Translations under genes and position numbers: made by a program
The notes under the pieces: model-generated
The model's database searches: none
What the model was told of the DNA's origin: nothing
What the model saw: the letters and a program-made list of their open reading frames with translations, nothing else
Origin: the human T2T-CHM13v2.0 reference genome, Homo sapiens
DNA length: 64,000 nt
NCBI RefSeq assembly: GCF_009914755.1
Contig: NC_060929.1
Reading direction: 5' to 3' (one strand)
In this document: piece by piece, positions 42,676 to 56,460 of the stretch
Numbering within the stretch: position 1 is the first letter of the stretch
How the letters are laid out: every line of letters begins with the position of its first letter

Positions 42676-44362
42676 TCTTTTTAAAATTCTCATTATAATA
42701 TGAGTAATTGTGCAGGGATTTAATATTGCCGGTCTCAGCAATAGTTGATCTTTGATTAACATCTCACTGACACATATTTTCACAGTGTGTAGTTATTTTT
42801 TTCCTTTCTAAATTTAGAACTACTCTTTATCTTCTACTGTAAGAGATATTCAACACACTTTTGTTTTTTTCTATATTGTAATCAGTGCAGTTTTTTAACC
42901 AAGAATAAACACAAGTTCTAATAGCAAACAGAAATAAACTCCCTACACATTACCTTCTCCGTTAAAATATGTTTTATGCCACATGCAGAATTTTAACATT
43001 ATATAGTTATTTGTGAAAATATAGCTAAGTAGAAATTTTAAGAAAGAAAGCCTCTAATATTCATATCTTAGCACTAAAGAAGCATATATTATTCTGCAGA
43101 TTGAATTAAAATGTTAGTTACCAAGATATGAACTTAGACATTTTCGTAAGCATTTATAGGCTATTCTCATATAAAACTGTACACAATTTCCTATGAGGCT
43201 GGTGAAGGTTTCTTAGCTTAAGTGGCTTTTTAGCTGGTTCTTGGATTTTATTAAATAATATTTGAATGAACAGTTTTGACTAACAGCCTGAAAATATTAA
43301 TCTTTCTTCTCAGTCTGAGCAAGTGAAAGTAGATAAATTCATATTGTATGTCTGATTCTCTTTGGGTTTGAAAAGAAATAAAGACTCTACTTCTAAATTA
43401 GCATAGAAAAGAGGAGAATTTCTCTTGATTTATTTCTCAGTTTGGGTTTGTGCTTTTGAAAAAGGAAAATAATGGTCCTGAAATCAGTAGCCTTTGTCTT
43501 TGCCAAAAAATGTGGACATGTTGATCTTAGGGGGGCTGATTATATAAAACAATAAAAATGCAGTCTTAGATGAAAATCTGTAAAGATATAAGAATGCTGA
43601 ACTAATATGAAAATCACGGGCTGAAAAAATGCTGGATTGAGAATAATGTGATAATGAAGGTTTTATATATATTCATATATATAAAATATATTCATATATT
43701 CTCTTCAACATACATAATGTCATAAAAAGGATAAAATGCCTAAGTCTAGTCTCGACAGAGCACCAGCTTAAATCACATGAGCCTGTCAGAGAACTTATGA
43801 CAATATTTAGGGCTAAACTGATGTTACTGGTGAACCAGTATCTGGAATGATTTCTATAACTCACTTAACTTGCATATTTATACGTGGACTTTAAAAAATA
43901 ATTATCAGGATGGCTACTCTGAAGTCAGGAGCTTAGAAAGTGTCACAGATGGTATATATTTGTATTCCTGCCTCATGTCCCTTTCCCTGAAGTGGCATGT
44001 GGGGTATGAGGGATTACGGTGTATTTGTAGGTGGTGTGCTTGAAAGGCTATCAGGGGACTTTTGGTTCTGCTTCAGTTCTGTTTCGTGGAGACAGTCAAG
44101 TGATTTAAGGTCTCTTGCTTCAGCCGTCCCACTTAGAAAACAGTTGCTTGAGACTACTTCACTGTAAAGCTCCTTTTTTGTTTTTTTTAAAGAAATGCAG
44201 ATTTTATGATATTCCTGATCATTCTCTTTGCATTTAGTTTTAAAATGTTATTTGCAGTTGATTAGAGAGTGGTGATAAGTAAGCCAGGATTTCTGGAATG
44301 CCAGGGCACTGTCCCCATGCATGGAAAACTGCACAAGAGCTTGTATGTCTTGACATTCCCAC

Positions 44363-44700
44363 ATGTCAGGATGCCTTCATTTGCTAATGACAGAATACCC
44401 AACTCAGACTGGATTAAATAAAAGGGGATTTTCTTGCTTATTTAACTGTAGATTCAGTGGTAAATGGGTTTCTGGGTTGATTGGTTTGGGGCCTAACAAT
44501 GTCTTCAAGGACTTGGTTTCTTTTCAACAGTCAGCTTTTGCTTTCCTGTGAGCTAGCATTGTTTCCCACGGGATTGCAAGGCAGCTGCATACAACTCCTG
44601 CAGTTCTTCCTTTTCCATATCCAGAGGGGGAACATCCTTTCAGAAGCTGATATTTTAGGTGTAAATTCCATGTCCCATCTCTAGAGTCAGGAGTAAACTT
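44363..44700 (-). mobile_element. Old MLT1 (K/L-like) LTR fragment
   Basis: gtcaggatgcc...tgacagaatacccaactcagactggattaaa. Confidence 0.6.
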
Positions 44701-44760
44701 AGCAATTCCCAAATGAACTATCCTGAGGAAGATATGATATAGTATTGAATAGCAGGAACA

Positions 44761-47312
44761 TTTTTCATTTTATTTTTATAGAGATAGGGTCTCTTTCTGT
44801 AGCCCAAGCTGGAGTACTGTCTTAGTCTGTTTTCATGCTGCTGATAAAGACATACCCATGACTGGGCAATTTACAAAAGAAAGAGGTTTAATTGGACTTA
44901 CAGTTCCATGTGGCCTGGGAAGCCTCACAATCATGGCAGAAGGCAAGGAGGAGCAAGTCACATCTTACATGGATGGCAGCAGGCAAAGAGAGCTTGTGCA
45001 GCAAAACTCCCCTCTTGAAACTTACTCTCACAAGAACAGCATGGGAAAGACCTGCCCCCATGATTCAATTACTTCCCACTGGGTCCCTCCCACAACACAT
45101 GGAAATTCAAGATGAGATTTGGGTAGGGACACAGCCAAACCATTCTGCCCTGGGCCCCTCCCAAATCTCATGTCCTCACATTTCAAAACCAATCATGCCT
45201 TCCCAACAGTCCCCCAAAGTCTTAACTCATTTCAGCATTAACTCAAAAGTCCAGTCCAAAGTCTCATCCAAGACATGGAAAGTCCCTTCCACCTGTGAGC
45301 CTGTAAAATCAAAAGCAAGTTAGTTACTTCCTAGATGCATTGCGGATACAGGCGTTGAATAGATGCAGTCATTCCAAATGGGAGACATTGGCCAAAACAG
45401 AGGGGCTACAGGCCCCCTGCAAGTCCAAAATTCAGCAGGACAGTTAAATCTTAAAGCTCCAAAATGATCTCCTTTGACTCCATGTCTCACATCGAGGTTA
45501 CACTAAGGCAAGAAGTGGGTTCCCATGGTCTTGGGCAGCTCCACCCCTGTGACTTTGTAGGGTGTAGCCCCCTCCTGGCTGCTTTCACAGGCTGGTGTTT
45601 AGTGTCTGCACAGCTTTTCCAGGCACATGGTGCAAGCTGTCAGTGGATCTACCATTCTGGGGTCTGGAGGACAGTGGCCCACTTCTCACAACTCCACTAC
45701 GCGGTGCCCCAGTAAGGACTCTGTGTGGGGGCTCTGACCCCACATTTCCCTTCCACACTGCCCTAGCAGAGGTTCTCCATGAGGGCCCTGCCCCCTACAG
45801 CATACTTTTGCCTGGGCATCCAGGCATTTCCATACATCCTCTAAAATCTAGAGAGAGGTTTCCAAACCTCAGTTCTTGACTTCTGTGCACCTGCAGGCTC
45901 AACACTAGATGGAAGCTGCCAAGGCTTGGAGCTTCCACCCTCTGAAGCAACAGCCTGAGCTATACCTTGGGTCCTTTCAGTCAGGGTTGCAGTGGCTGGG
46001 ACGCAGGGCATGGAGTCCCTAGGCTGCACACGGCATGGAGACCCTGGGCCTAGACCATGAAACCATTTTCTCCTAGGCTTCTGGGCCTGTGATGGGAGGG
46101 GCTGCCGTGAAGACCTTTGACATGCCCTGGAGACATTTTCCCCATTGTCTTGGGGATTAACATTCGGCTTCTAGTTACTTATGCAAATTTCTGCAGCCAG
46201 CTTGAATTTCTCCTCAGAAAATGGGTTTTTCTTTTCTATCACATTGTCAGGCAGCAAATTTTCTGAACTTTTATGCTCTGCTTCCCTTATAAAACTGAAT
46301 GCCTTTAACAGTACCCAGGTCACATCTTGAATGCTTTGCTGCTTAGAAATTTCTTCCACCAGATACCCTAAATCATCTCTCTCAAGTTTAAAGTTCCACA
46401 AATCTTTAGGGCAGGGGCAAAATGCTGCCAGTCTCTTTGCTAAAACGTAACGAGTCACCTTCGCTCCAGTCCCCAACAAGTTTCTCATCTCCATCTCAGA
46501 CCACCTTAGCCTGGACTTTATTGTCCATATTGCTATCAGGTTTTTGGTCAAAGCCATTCAACAAGTCTCTAGGAAGTTCCAAACTTTCCCACATTTTTCT
46601 GTCTTCTGAGCCCTCCAAACCGTTCCAGCCTCTGCCTGTTACCCAGTTTCAAAGTCGCTTCCACATTTTTGGGTATCTTTTCAGCAACCCCCACTCTCTA
46701 CTGGTGCCAATTTACTGTAGTAGTCTGTTTTCACACTGTTGATAAAGTCCACCCCAGACTGGGCAGTTTACAAAAGAAAGAGGTTTAACTGAACTTACAG
46801 TTTCACGTGGCTAGGGAAGCCTCACAGTCATGGCAGAAGGCAAGGAGGAGTAAGTCACATCTTACATAGATGGCAGTAGGCAAAGAGGCTTGTGCAGGAA
46901 AACTCCCCCGTATAATAACTATCAGATCTCTTGAGAGTTACTCACTGTCACGAAAGCAGCACCAGAAGGAACTGCCCCCATGATTCAATTACCTCCCACA
47001 GGGTCCCTCTCACAGCACGTGGAAATTCAAGATGAGATTTGTATAGGGACACAGCCAAACCATATCAAGTACAATCTTGTCTCCTTGTAGCATCCACCTC
47101 CTGGGCTCAAATGATGATTGAGGTGGGACACCTCAATCTCTCAAGTAGCTGGGACTACAGATGTGTGCCACCATACTGGCTGTGTTTTAATTTATGTAGA
47201 GATGATGTCTTGCTGTGTTGCCCAGGCTTGTCTGGAAGTTCTAGGCTCAGGGGATCTTCCTACCTTGGCTTCCCAAAGCTCTAGATTATAGGTGTGAGCC
47301 ACTGTACCTGGC
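44761..47312 (-). mobile_element. AluJ split by a THE1A insertion (pieces 44761-44817 and 47068-47312)
   Basis: The two Alu pieces join at ggAGTAC|aat; outer TSD tagcaggaa(c/a)att. Confidence 0.88.
44818..47067 (-). mobile_element. Full-length THE1A MaLR (LTR 44818-~45143, internal ~45144-46715, LTR 46716-47067)
   Basis: Two homologous LTRs (tgt.ttagtctgttttca...acagccaaaccat), THE1-int sequence, perfect 5-bp TSD AGTAC. Confidence 0.93.
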
Positions 47313-48449
47313 TAGCAGGAAAATTTCTAAGAAATAGATATTGGTACAATAACCACAAAGCCGACCAGAGAGAGTTTTTCTATTTCCATTTTATAACTCA
47401 TTTTTTTCCTTGACCTTGGAAAACCAGGGAACAGTTGGACTTAAGTAAGTAAATGTACTTACTGTATAAGAATACTTCACTCTGACACACAGCATCTGCA
47501 ACACAAGTCAGCTCAGACTTCAGTAACTGCTGTTAGTATTTCTATCATGAACCTCACAGATCCCTGGTGAGCAGGCATTGCATAAGAAGAAACTTCACAA
47601 GAGATAGAGATTCACTGGGAAATATACCAGAATATGTCATAATGAACAAACTCCTTCCAATGCATGTGGTGGGGATAATGATATGTAAATATTTTAATTT
47701 TTTGGACAATATTCTACAATTCATTTAGAACTTACATGGTATTATTGATGTAGGTTTCAAACTCACATATATGGCTTAAAATATATACTAATTTGACAGA
47801 AATTCAAAGTCAGATAATTCTCATCTTTATATAGGAAGTAATTATGAAAGTTCTCAATTAACATTAATATAAAACCTAGAAAGTAAGTCTAGCTTGACTC
47901 TTGAAGTATTATAGTATTTAAATTCTTTACTGAAAGAAAACCTGCCACTTACCTATGATGAGTGGTTATGTACATTTTGTACCTTTTATTATATAGCCTT
48001 GTCAGTTTAGAAAATTAAGAACATTATGATGTATTATTGGTTGAGCGGTAGCCCAAGCTACTCAGACAAGAAAATGATGGTTTGAGTGCACTTGATCTTG
48101 GACAGATAGTATCACTGAGTACTGCTTCCTTGTTTGTGCCAGAAAATGGGCTGGCATTTGACAAGATGTTTAAATATGAATGAATTTTTTTTTTTTGATT
48201 TTTTTTTTTTTTTTGGTGAGTTATTTAGGGCATGCTACAGTGTTCCTGGGGGCTCTTAAGCTGCTGTTTTGACCCTCTGGCTTTCTGGGAAAGAGATCCT
48301 TAATCCACCTGTTATTTGAGGTGTGATTTTCTAGGAATGGGCTCTTTGAAACTGTAAACTGTGTTCTCTGTCCTTTTTTCCACACCATCCACTCTTGTTA
48401 GCTGTCACAGCTTTGATTTTCTTGGCCAACATGGAAGTTTTCTACATTT

Positions 48450-48830
48450 ACTAACTGTAGCCTAGGCTATGCTGCAAAAACAAATAGCTGTGAAATTAGA
48501 GCCACTTAATTCTACTGAGGTTTATTTCTTATTCTTATTCTCTGTATCCATCTTCAGCTGGTTGAGGCCTCTGCTCCATTTAATCACTTGGGGAGTCAGA
48601 TTGAAGAACCACCATCTTGTATGTACATTATCTGGAAACACTCCCTCTTTAATCTCCATTTCAGGGAAGGAGGGAAAATGGGGAATTCCATTTGGGTCTT
48701 TTACTACCTCAGCCCAAAAGTGACACACATTGCTTCCTCTCACATTTCATGGACTCACATTAGTCATGTATACCTGACTGTAAGGGTTGCAGTGAAGAGG
48801 AGTGAAAGGAATATTTGGGGAACGTTATCA
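48450..48830 (-). mobile_element. Old MLT1J-like LTR
   Basis: taggctatgctgc...gaggtttatttctt...aagtgacacaca...ctcacatttcatgg. Confidence 0.55.
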
Positions 48831-49979
48831 CCCATGCTGTATTTTTCTATGACCTAGAAAATGTTGCAGTTTCCGAACACTTCGTGAGGTTGATGGGATC
48901 TAATTCATTTTCTTGTCTTCCTCCTCAGTTGGTAGAAGGGTCTCTTGGAATCCACAGATCTAGGTAACTTCTAAATGAGGCATAGGTCCCACCATGCACC
49001 TGGATTGCAGGTATTTTCTATTGGAGGGTTCTTTTGGAAATACTATCATTCCAGCCCAAGGCTGCTGGGACTGGCATTTTTGGGAACATTCCACTGTACC
49101 TCACGTCCATTCTTGGTTCCTACTCAACAGCTAAAGCTCTTTGATCATCCATCTATTTCTGTTCTCTCATTCCCTTGCTCTTCTACTTCTCTGTGAACCC
49201 AAGGGGACAAGGGAGACTTTTCTCTCCTCTGCAACATAGGAAACAAACCAGTAGACAAACTCCAGCTTTTTGGTTTGAGCCTTAGGTGAAGATTGAGCTG
49301 TGCCTGAGGCCATCCTTCTTCCTGCAGCCTCTCAGGAGGGCTCCTCATAAGTTCATACCTCTTTTCCTTACAACTAGAAGCTAGGATCAGTGAATTATGT
49401 ATGATAGTAAAAAGGTTAAGGGATTCCTACTGGATGGTCTCCATTTCTTTTTGGAAGAAGGTAGAGGAATTAGAGAACTTAAGAGTAGAAAAAATTGGAA
49501 AAGCCACTGTGAAGAGGTATGGAGGAGGAAGAGAGATCCCTAGTGCTGCTTTATTTTTCATCCTGTGCCAAATTCTCTTTTAAAGTTCTATTTTGCTGTG
49601 CCACCCTCTCTCTCTTCCCTCTTGCTGGTCTTTACCAAACTCTTGGTTATTCTCCCTCCTTTTTTGAGGACTTTGGTGCCGAGTTTGAAGTCTTCCAACT
49701 AACCCTATTAACTTCCTCTCAATTTTACCTCTTCCTTTTTTAGCTGTGTTCCATCATTTGCCAATGGCAGCTCAGCTTCTTTGTTCTTTTATTCTTTTAT
49801 TGGACCTATCTAGCAAAACTATGTCTAAAGATCTATTCACCTAGTCCAATCCTATGCCCAGACTGATAGCATTTCTGGAGATAGAAACTCAACAGTGGCA
49901 ATTGATATTCTTAAATGCATGATTTCCATCCCCAGCCAAACCCTCATATATCAGACACTACATACATGGTATAAATAAT

Positions 49980-51770
49980 GTTAAATAGTGGGAAACAAAC
50001 ACTCTCTTTCTTTGTTCAGTTCTCTCCCTATTATCCATAGTAGTTCTCTATGCTGTTTCTACTTCCCTTCTCTACACTTCTCAAATTTCTTATTTCTCTA
50101 CCTTCTTCAAAATGACATTGAAATTCATATAGAAGTCAGTATCCAAAAGGTAGCAGCTCTTTCTACTTCTTGCCAGATACCTACAACCCTAACATGTCCT
50201 CATCATCGTTTCTTCCTCTATTCAAATCTCACTGGAAAGGAGGCTCTGGCTGAGGCCTGATACCGCAAATCCACTGCGTGACTTACCTTTCACTTACCTT
50301 TTTCTCACTAACTTCTTTCTGTCTTGAAAAACATAAAATTCGATAAACATACAAGTAAAACCTCTCTGGTTTCCCCATTTGCCCTTTGCTTCTTTTTTCC
50401 TCCCCTCCAAAACCAGATTCTCAGATGGAAGTGTTTCTGTTCTTTTCTGTCCATCCTCAGGTTTTCTCTTCAGCCTTACAGCAGTCTGCCAGTGCCTCCA
50501 GGACTCCACTGAAGCAGCTTTCATTTTACTTCACTGGTGGAATGTCTCCTTAGACGGGGTTAATCATGCCCTCCTTTTGGAAGTGCGCTCCTCTCTTGGC
50601 TGCTGTGATGAAATCCTGGTTTTTGCCTCACATCTCTGATTCCTAGGCCCCTTTTATAGAACTCCACTTTCTATTTAAATATTTTAAATGACAGTGTAAT
50701 TTAATGACACCTTCTGTTTCCTCATCTTTACCCACTCCATACATCCGGAAATCTCCATCAACCTTGTGTTGGTTACACCACATTCCAGAGATCCCCCAAA
50801 TTCCTGACCCCTTGTAACTCTGTTGTTCTTCTGTAATCTGTGTTTCAGCTCAGATCTATGTTCTGTGTATCCACTGCCTACTAGACATCACAAACTGGAC
50901 AGTTTAAGAATCTTCAAACTCAGCATATTAAAAATGAAACTCGTCATCTACTCACCTTTCAAGTTTCTCATGCCAGTGCCTGACTCCATTAGTTACCCAT
51001 ATTACGCATGTGAAAAACCTGGTGGCACCTAAGATGTCTTCATCTCCCACAGCCCCTACTTACAATTAATGACCACGTTCTTAATGATTTTAACTATTTG
51101 TTATCATATCAGTCAAATGGCTGATACTGAATGGTGGCTACTTTCCATTCCAACTTCCTCTACCTTAATTCCAACCACCACCACCATTTCTTACTTTGAC
51201 TATTCAAAAGCCTTTTCCAGATTAGTCTCTCTTTATCCAGTTGTGCTTCATTCTATTCCATTCAACCCATAGCAAAATTATCTTTATTGAATATAAATCT
51301 GATCATATTACTTCATCTGCTTAAAGCCCTTCCTTGTTATTCTATTGACCGCAGAGTGAAATCTAAAATCTTTGTCATGTCATTCAAAAGTGTCTTCGTG
51401 ATCTGGCATCTCTTGACCTTTCCAGCCTTAACTCACTAATCTCTATCATATTATTTATAATTTTTAATATATTTTTATTTTGCATTGTCTATTCCTGTTT
51501 ATTTCAGTGGAAGTCTTCCCTAAGACTCTCAAAATTAAACATCTCCTCTAGGAGCTATCATAGCCCCTAATACTTAGTCATCTGGGGATAGTGATCACAT
51601 GATTAAAAGTTTCTATTTATGACTTTGTCTTTTTTATTCTTTAAAGGCAGAAAGAAGCTTTTTTTTGGTCTTGTTTCTTAGCACAGTGTTTTTTTTTCTT
51701 CTTTGTTAGTACAGTGCCTGACTTAAAGAAGTACTCAGTCAAGGCTTTTGAATGAAGGAATGAATGCTCT
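49980..51770 (+). mobile_element. Long diverged L2
   Basis: Ordered L2 motifs: ctccactgaagcagct, atccactgcctactagacatc, caaactcagcat, aaatctgatcat, terminal tgaatgaaggaatgaatg. Confidence 0.75.
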
Positions 51771-52659
51771 TGGGACCTCATTTAGACAACCCTACCTGTG
51801 AGAATTCTCTTTGTCCCTATGGTTTCTTTTTCTTGATTTCATAGGCTGGTAAAAAAATAATACTTTTTTTCCCTCTAATCCATTAGACTAAATCTTACTC
51901 TCTTAAATTTCAGCTTCAGTAGTCCCACCCGGCTCATCATTCCTCTGTCTTTGAGGCACTCTGTACCTCCTTGGCACCTTGTGTGATCTGTTACAGCACT
52001 TAAAACAATTATTTATGTATAATTATTGGTTTTCCTGCCTGTATTCATTCATCTCTTCACTGAGAGAGACTTCAACAGAGAGTTCTTTGAAGCAGGACTT
52101 TATATTTTTTTATCTGTGTTTCCAAATGATGAGCTCAGGAAAGGAGTTCTTAAAATTTTTATGATAAGGGTGTTGAGGACCTCCCTTAGGAATTCTTCAT
52201 ATAAGTTAAACATCAAAGTTCTTAAAATGATTACCAAACTAAAATGCCAAAGGAAGATTTTAAGCCAAGTTATCAGTTGATAACTGAAAGGTGTATTTTA
52301 AATGCTTTTTTTCTTGCCTAAATTATTTATAACAACTGGCCATAGATTCCCCTACCAATTTTTAAATGGCCTGCCTCAAGTAAAGTTTGAATTAGTATGG
52401 GAATTAGCTACTATGGCTCAGCCTTTTCTTACCCTTAGTACTGCAGGTCAGAGGATTCCCAGGCATAGAATGAATGACATTTAGCCAGTGTTTTGAATCT
52501 AAGCCTTGTTCTGAAGCTCTTAGGAAATTAAACCTCTCCAGGTGTTGCTGATTGTGTCCATTGTCTTAGGAGGTCAGACCCTATCTCAAGATAGAACATA
52601 ACATTTATAGAAGCATAAGTTCAATTTAGCATCTAGGGCAATATAGACTAATTCTAAGG

Positions 52660-53610
52660 TTTTTAAATTATATTCATGTCTACATTGCCCATGATTTCAG
52701 AGTTATGCATACTTGTTATGACAATGCAGAAGGATATAAAGAAAGTAAAACTGCCTATAATTTAAGCACTTAATTTATATAATTTATATTAATCTATTAC
52801 ATACATTAATTATATAATTAAGTCACAGAAATCAATCATGTAAATTAAATTATGTAAATTAATCATTTGATTGAATTATATAATGTAATCGTATAATCAC
52901 ATCATATAAATTAATTATATAATTAAGCTATGTGGATTAATTATATGATTGAGTTATGTGGATTAATTGTATGATTAAATTATACAATCAATTATTAATT
53001 TATATTAATTTATATAATTATAAGCACCCAAAGATAATGTGTTAACAATTTGATATATGTCCTTTCCCTTTTTTCTGTACACACACAAACACACATTTGC
53101 TTTCTCTCACTCTCATACTTTTATTTATTATGTATAAAGAAGGATTATCCTAAACCCCTAAATGGTGTCTTGCAAGTAGACTTTTTACTTAACAGTAGCA
53201 GTAAATAATTGTCTACACCCTCTTTCTGTACCATTCTTTATGTTTTAAACAACTATTTGTGAACATTTTATGTTGCTTCCAGTATCCTGCAATGAACAAG
53301 GATCCTTGTACTTATATATTTTTGCACTTGTCTATTTACTCATACTATATTACTAGAAGTGAAAATTCTGAGTCTTGTGACACATGTTGTGAAATTGCCC
53401 TTATGGAAGTGACATCAACTCCTGCCAGTACTCTCATGACTTAGTGTGGGATATTAGAATTCTTTTTAATTCCTTGTCAGTTCCATAGTCACAAAGTTGA
53501 ATTTCCTTATAGTTTTAAATTGCATTTATTTGATATTGATTTGATTATTAATTTGCATTTATTTAATTTGCATTTATTTGATAGTGAATTTAAATATGTT
53601 TTTATGTTTT
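52660..53610 (-). mobile_element. Ancient L1ME-like 3' fragment
   Basis: cacccaaagataatgtgttaacaattt, tgttgcttccagt...gcaatgaaca, ttttaaattgcattt. Confidence 0.6.
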
Positions 53611-53807
53611 CTTTATTTTCCTAGGTTTAATTAGCATTTGCTAAAGGGGTCTTGTAACCACATTTCTTGTGAAAGGGTTTCAGCCCTGCTTTTATAAATT
53701 TTGTGGCATTTCCTTAGGGTGGCTTTAAGAACCTCAGTTTTAACTATGAGCCTGACAGTGCACATTGAGATATTACCTTCTAGAAACTGGGACCACATGT
53801 ACCTGGC

Positions 53808-54344
53808 TGTATTAGTCTGGGTTCTCTAGAAGGACGGAACTAATAGATGTATATATGAAGGGGAGTTTATTAAGGAGTATTGACTCACACAATCACAAGG
53901 TGAAATCCCACAATAGTCTGTCTGCAAGCTGAGGAGCAAGGAAGCCAGTCTGAGTCTCAAAACCTCAGAAGTAAGGAAGCCAACAGTGCAGCCTTCAGTC
54001 TGTGCCTGAAAGCCTGAGAGCCCCTAGCATATCACTGGTGTAAGTCCAAGAGTCCAAAAGCTGAAGAACTCGGAGTGTAATGTTCTAGTCTGATGTTTGA
54101 GGGCAGGAAGCATCCAGCACAGGAGAAAGATGAAGGCTGGAAGATTCAGCAAGTCGGCTTTGTTCTAGCCGTGCTGGTAGTTGATTAGATGGTACCCACC
54201 CAGATTGACTCGGATGGGTCTGCCTCTCCCAGTCCACTGACTCAAATGTTCATCTCCTTTGGCAACCCCCTCACAGACACACCCAAGAACAATACTTTGC
54301 ATCCTTCAATCCAATCAAGTTGACACTTAATATTAACCATCATA
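53808..54344 (-). mobile_element. MLT2A2-like HERV-L solo LTR
   Basis: tgtattagtctgggttctctaga...caatccaatcaagttgacacttaatattaaccatca; perfect 5-bp TSD CTGGC. Confidence 0.9.
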
Positions 54345-56150
54345 CTGGCTATGTAGAATCTATGAAGTAATCAGCTCCCAAGTGTAGAAATGGAATGAGA
54401 ATATTGCATTGTAGCAAGTGCCTTGGTAATAATACTGAATTGTCAGTCATCATGTAGATCTGAACTGTAGGTGTCACCATGACCTGATGTAGCACACCCA
54501 ATGCTTAGAAAATTACTGAAGTAACAACCTAGTGCAGGTTCATACTTAGTCATTCAGGCCTCCTAAATTAATGAACTAGGTTGTAAATGATTGTTGGAGT
54601 CTGACCAGCTTAGCTAATTGAGTATTTATTAGACACACTTCATAAAAGCCGTAATTTGTACTAATAATGTGCACTAATTAATGATTATTGTCAATAAAAG
54701 GGCAAAACAGTTATATAAACTAATCTTTTGTGGCTCTTTTAAAAAATAAATATGGTCATTTATATCCTGTGATTATTTTTCGATTTCATTCTAATATTTG
54801 CATCCTTGCTTCATTGTATAGTTCAGTAATGGACTATTTCTAAATTTTTTTCTAATAACAAATTATTTGGATTTAAAAATAACTCATCAGATATGGAGTT
54901 ATTATTCCTTGAAGCACTGCAATTTGATTTACATTTGGATATGCAAAATTCAAGCTTTAGTGTACCTGAACAATGTTTTTGTGATTTAGAGCTGCTATGG
55001 GAATTATAAATTTCAAAATTTTTCACTTGGATGAATTCAAAATCATTCTCCTCTATGCATTATCTTGATATATTTGAGTTGAATTTACTGTTAATTTTTT
55101 AACAAAGACATGATTTTGAGGTGAAAGAAATATATGCTCTTTATTGTTAGGAATTATGTAAATCTTAAAAGTTAAATCTGTACACCAGCACTGTGAAAAC
55201 ATAATTTAATGCTTATAAAGGAGAGAGTAAAGATTTTGCTTTTAATGAAGAAAAGAGAAACAGTTACATCTAATTAATCTTAGATATATAATGTAGCCTA
55301 GGATTAAGGCGAGTCAAACTATACCATAGCTCTTTCTGTGGGTTAATCTGTCTTTTATTAGTGTATCATCACTTTTTAGACTGTTTGGGCTGTTTTACAG
55401 AAATAGCAAAAAGAAAATACATTAAATCAGAATTTATTTAATCTTTACCTAGGTGAAAGCTAAAAGTTTTATGCTAAGATTAGTGTAAACTTGGGTAACT
55501 GAAAAATTGTCCCAAGTTTTGAATTAAATTTGGCCACCCAAGGTACCATAGTTTATTGTGTGTGGAAGTATGCATTAAATTTCTTGAATAATCCTCATTC
55601 CAGAAGCCCATAATCTTTGTTTGGAAAGATGAAAATGATAAGGCAGCCATAATTATATTATCTAAATACGAAGTAGGATCCTGTTACCCACCAGTAACTT
55701 CTCTTGCTCTTTCCCTCTGCAACAGCGTTTCATGCTCTTCATTTTCCCTTTGCTCTGATGTCTGTCCTTTGTCCTTACTACTCTGATAGGCCACCTTCTA
55801 TTTTGCATCTTCATTTTGAAAAGTCTTTTTTTCCTTTGACTTAACTGACATCACTTTCTCCTAGTTCTGTTTGTTTCACGACATCCCTAATCACTTCTCA
55901 GGTTTCTCTATTTCTCTATTTGTACTTCTTTATCTGCTTGCCCCCTAATCTGTTGCTTCTTTCTTAATTGACTGTAGCTTTTGGAATTTCTTCTTTTGCA
56001 AATGTAGCTGCCGTCAGCCCCTCAGGACTTAACCTTCCTCTGTAACATTGGACTTAACTGTTCTTGCCTTGGGTGTTCTTTTTCTCCTTTATGGTAGTGA
56101 GACCCAACAACAGCTGCCACTCAGCTAGGACATTAAGAAGAATGAGTCTG

Positions 56151-56460
<310 letters not shown>

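Noticed and set aside
46171-46557. 128-aa ORF on the minus strand
   Set aside because: Fragment of the degenerate THE1-int MaLR ORF
48185-48222. Poly(T) run followed by GTGAGT
   Set aside because: No TSD and no exon-sized acceptor partner; treated as a simple repeat
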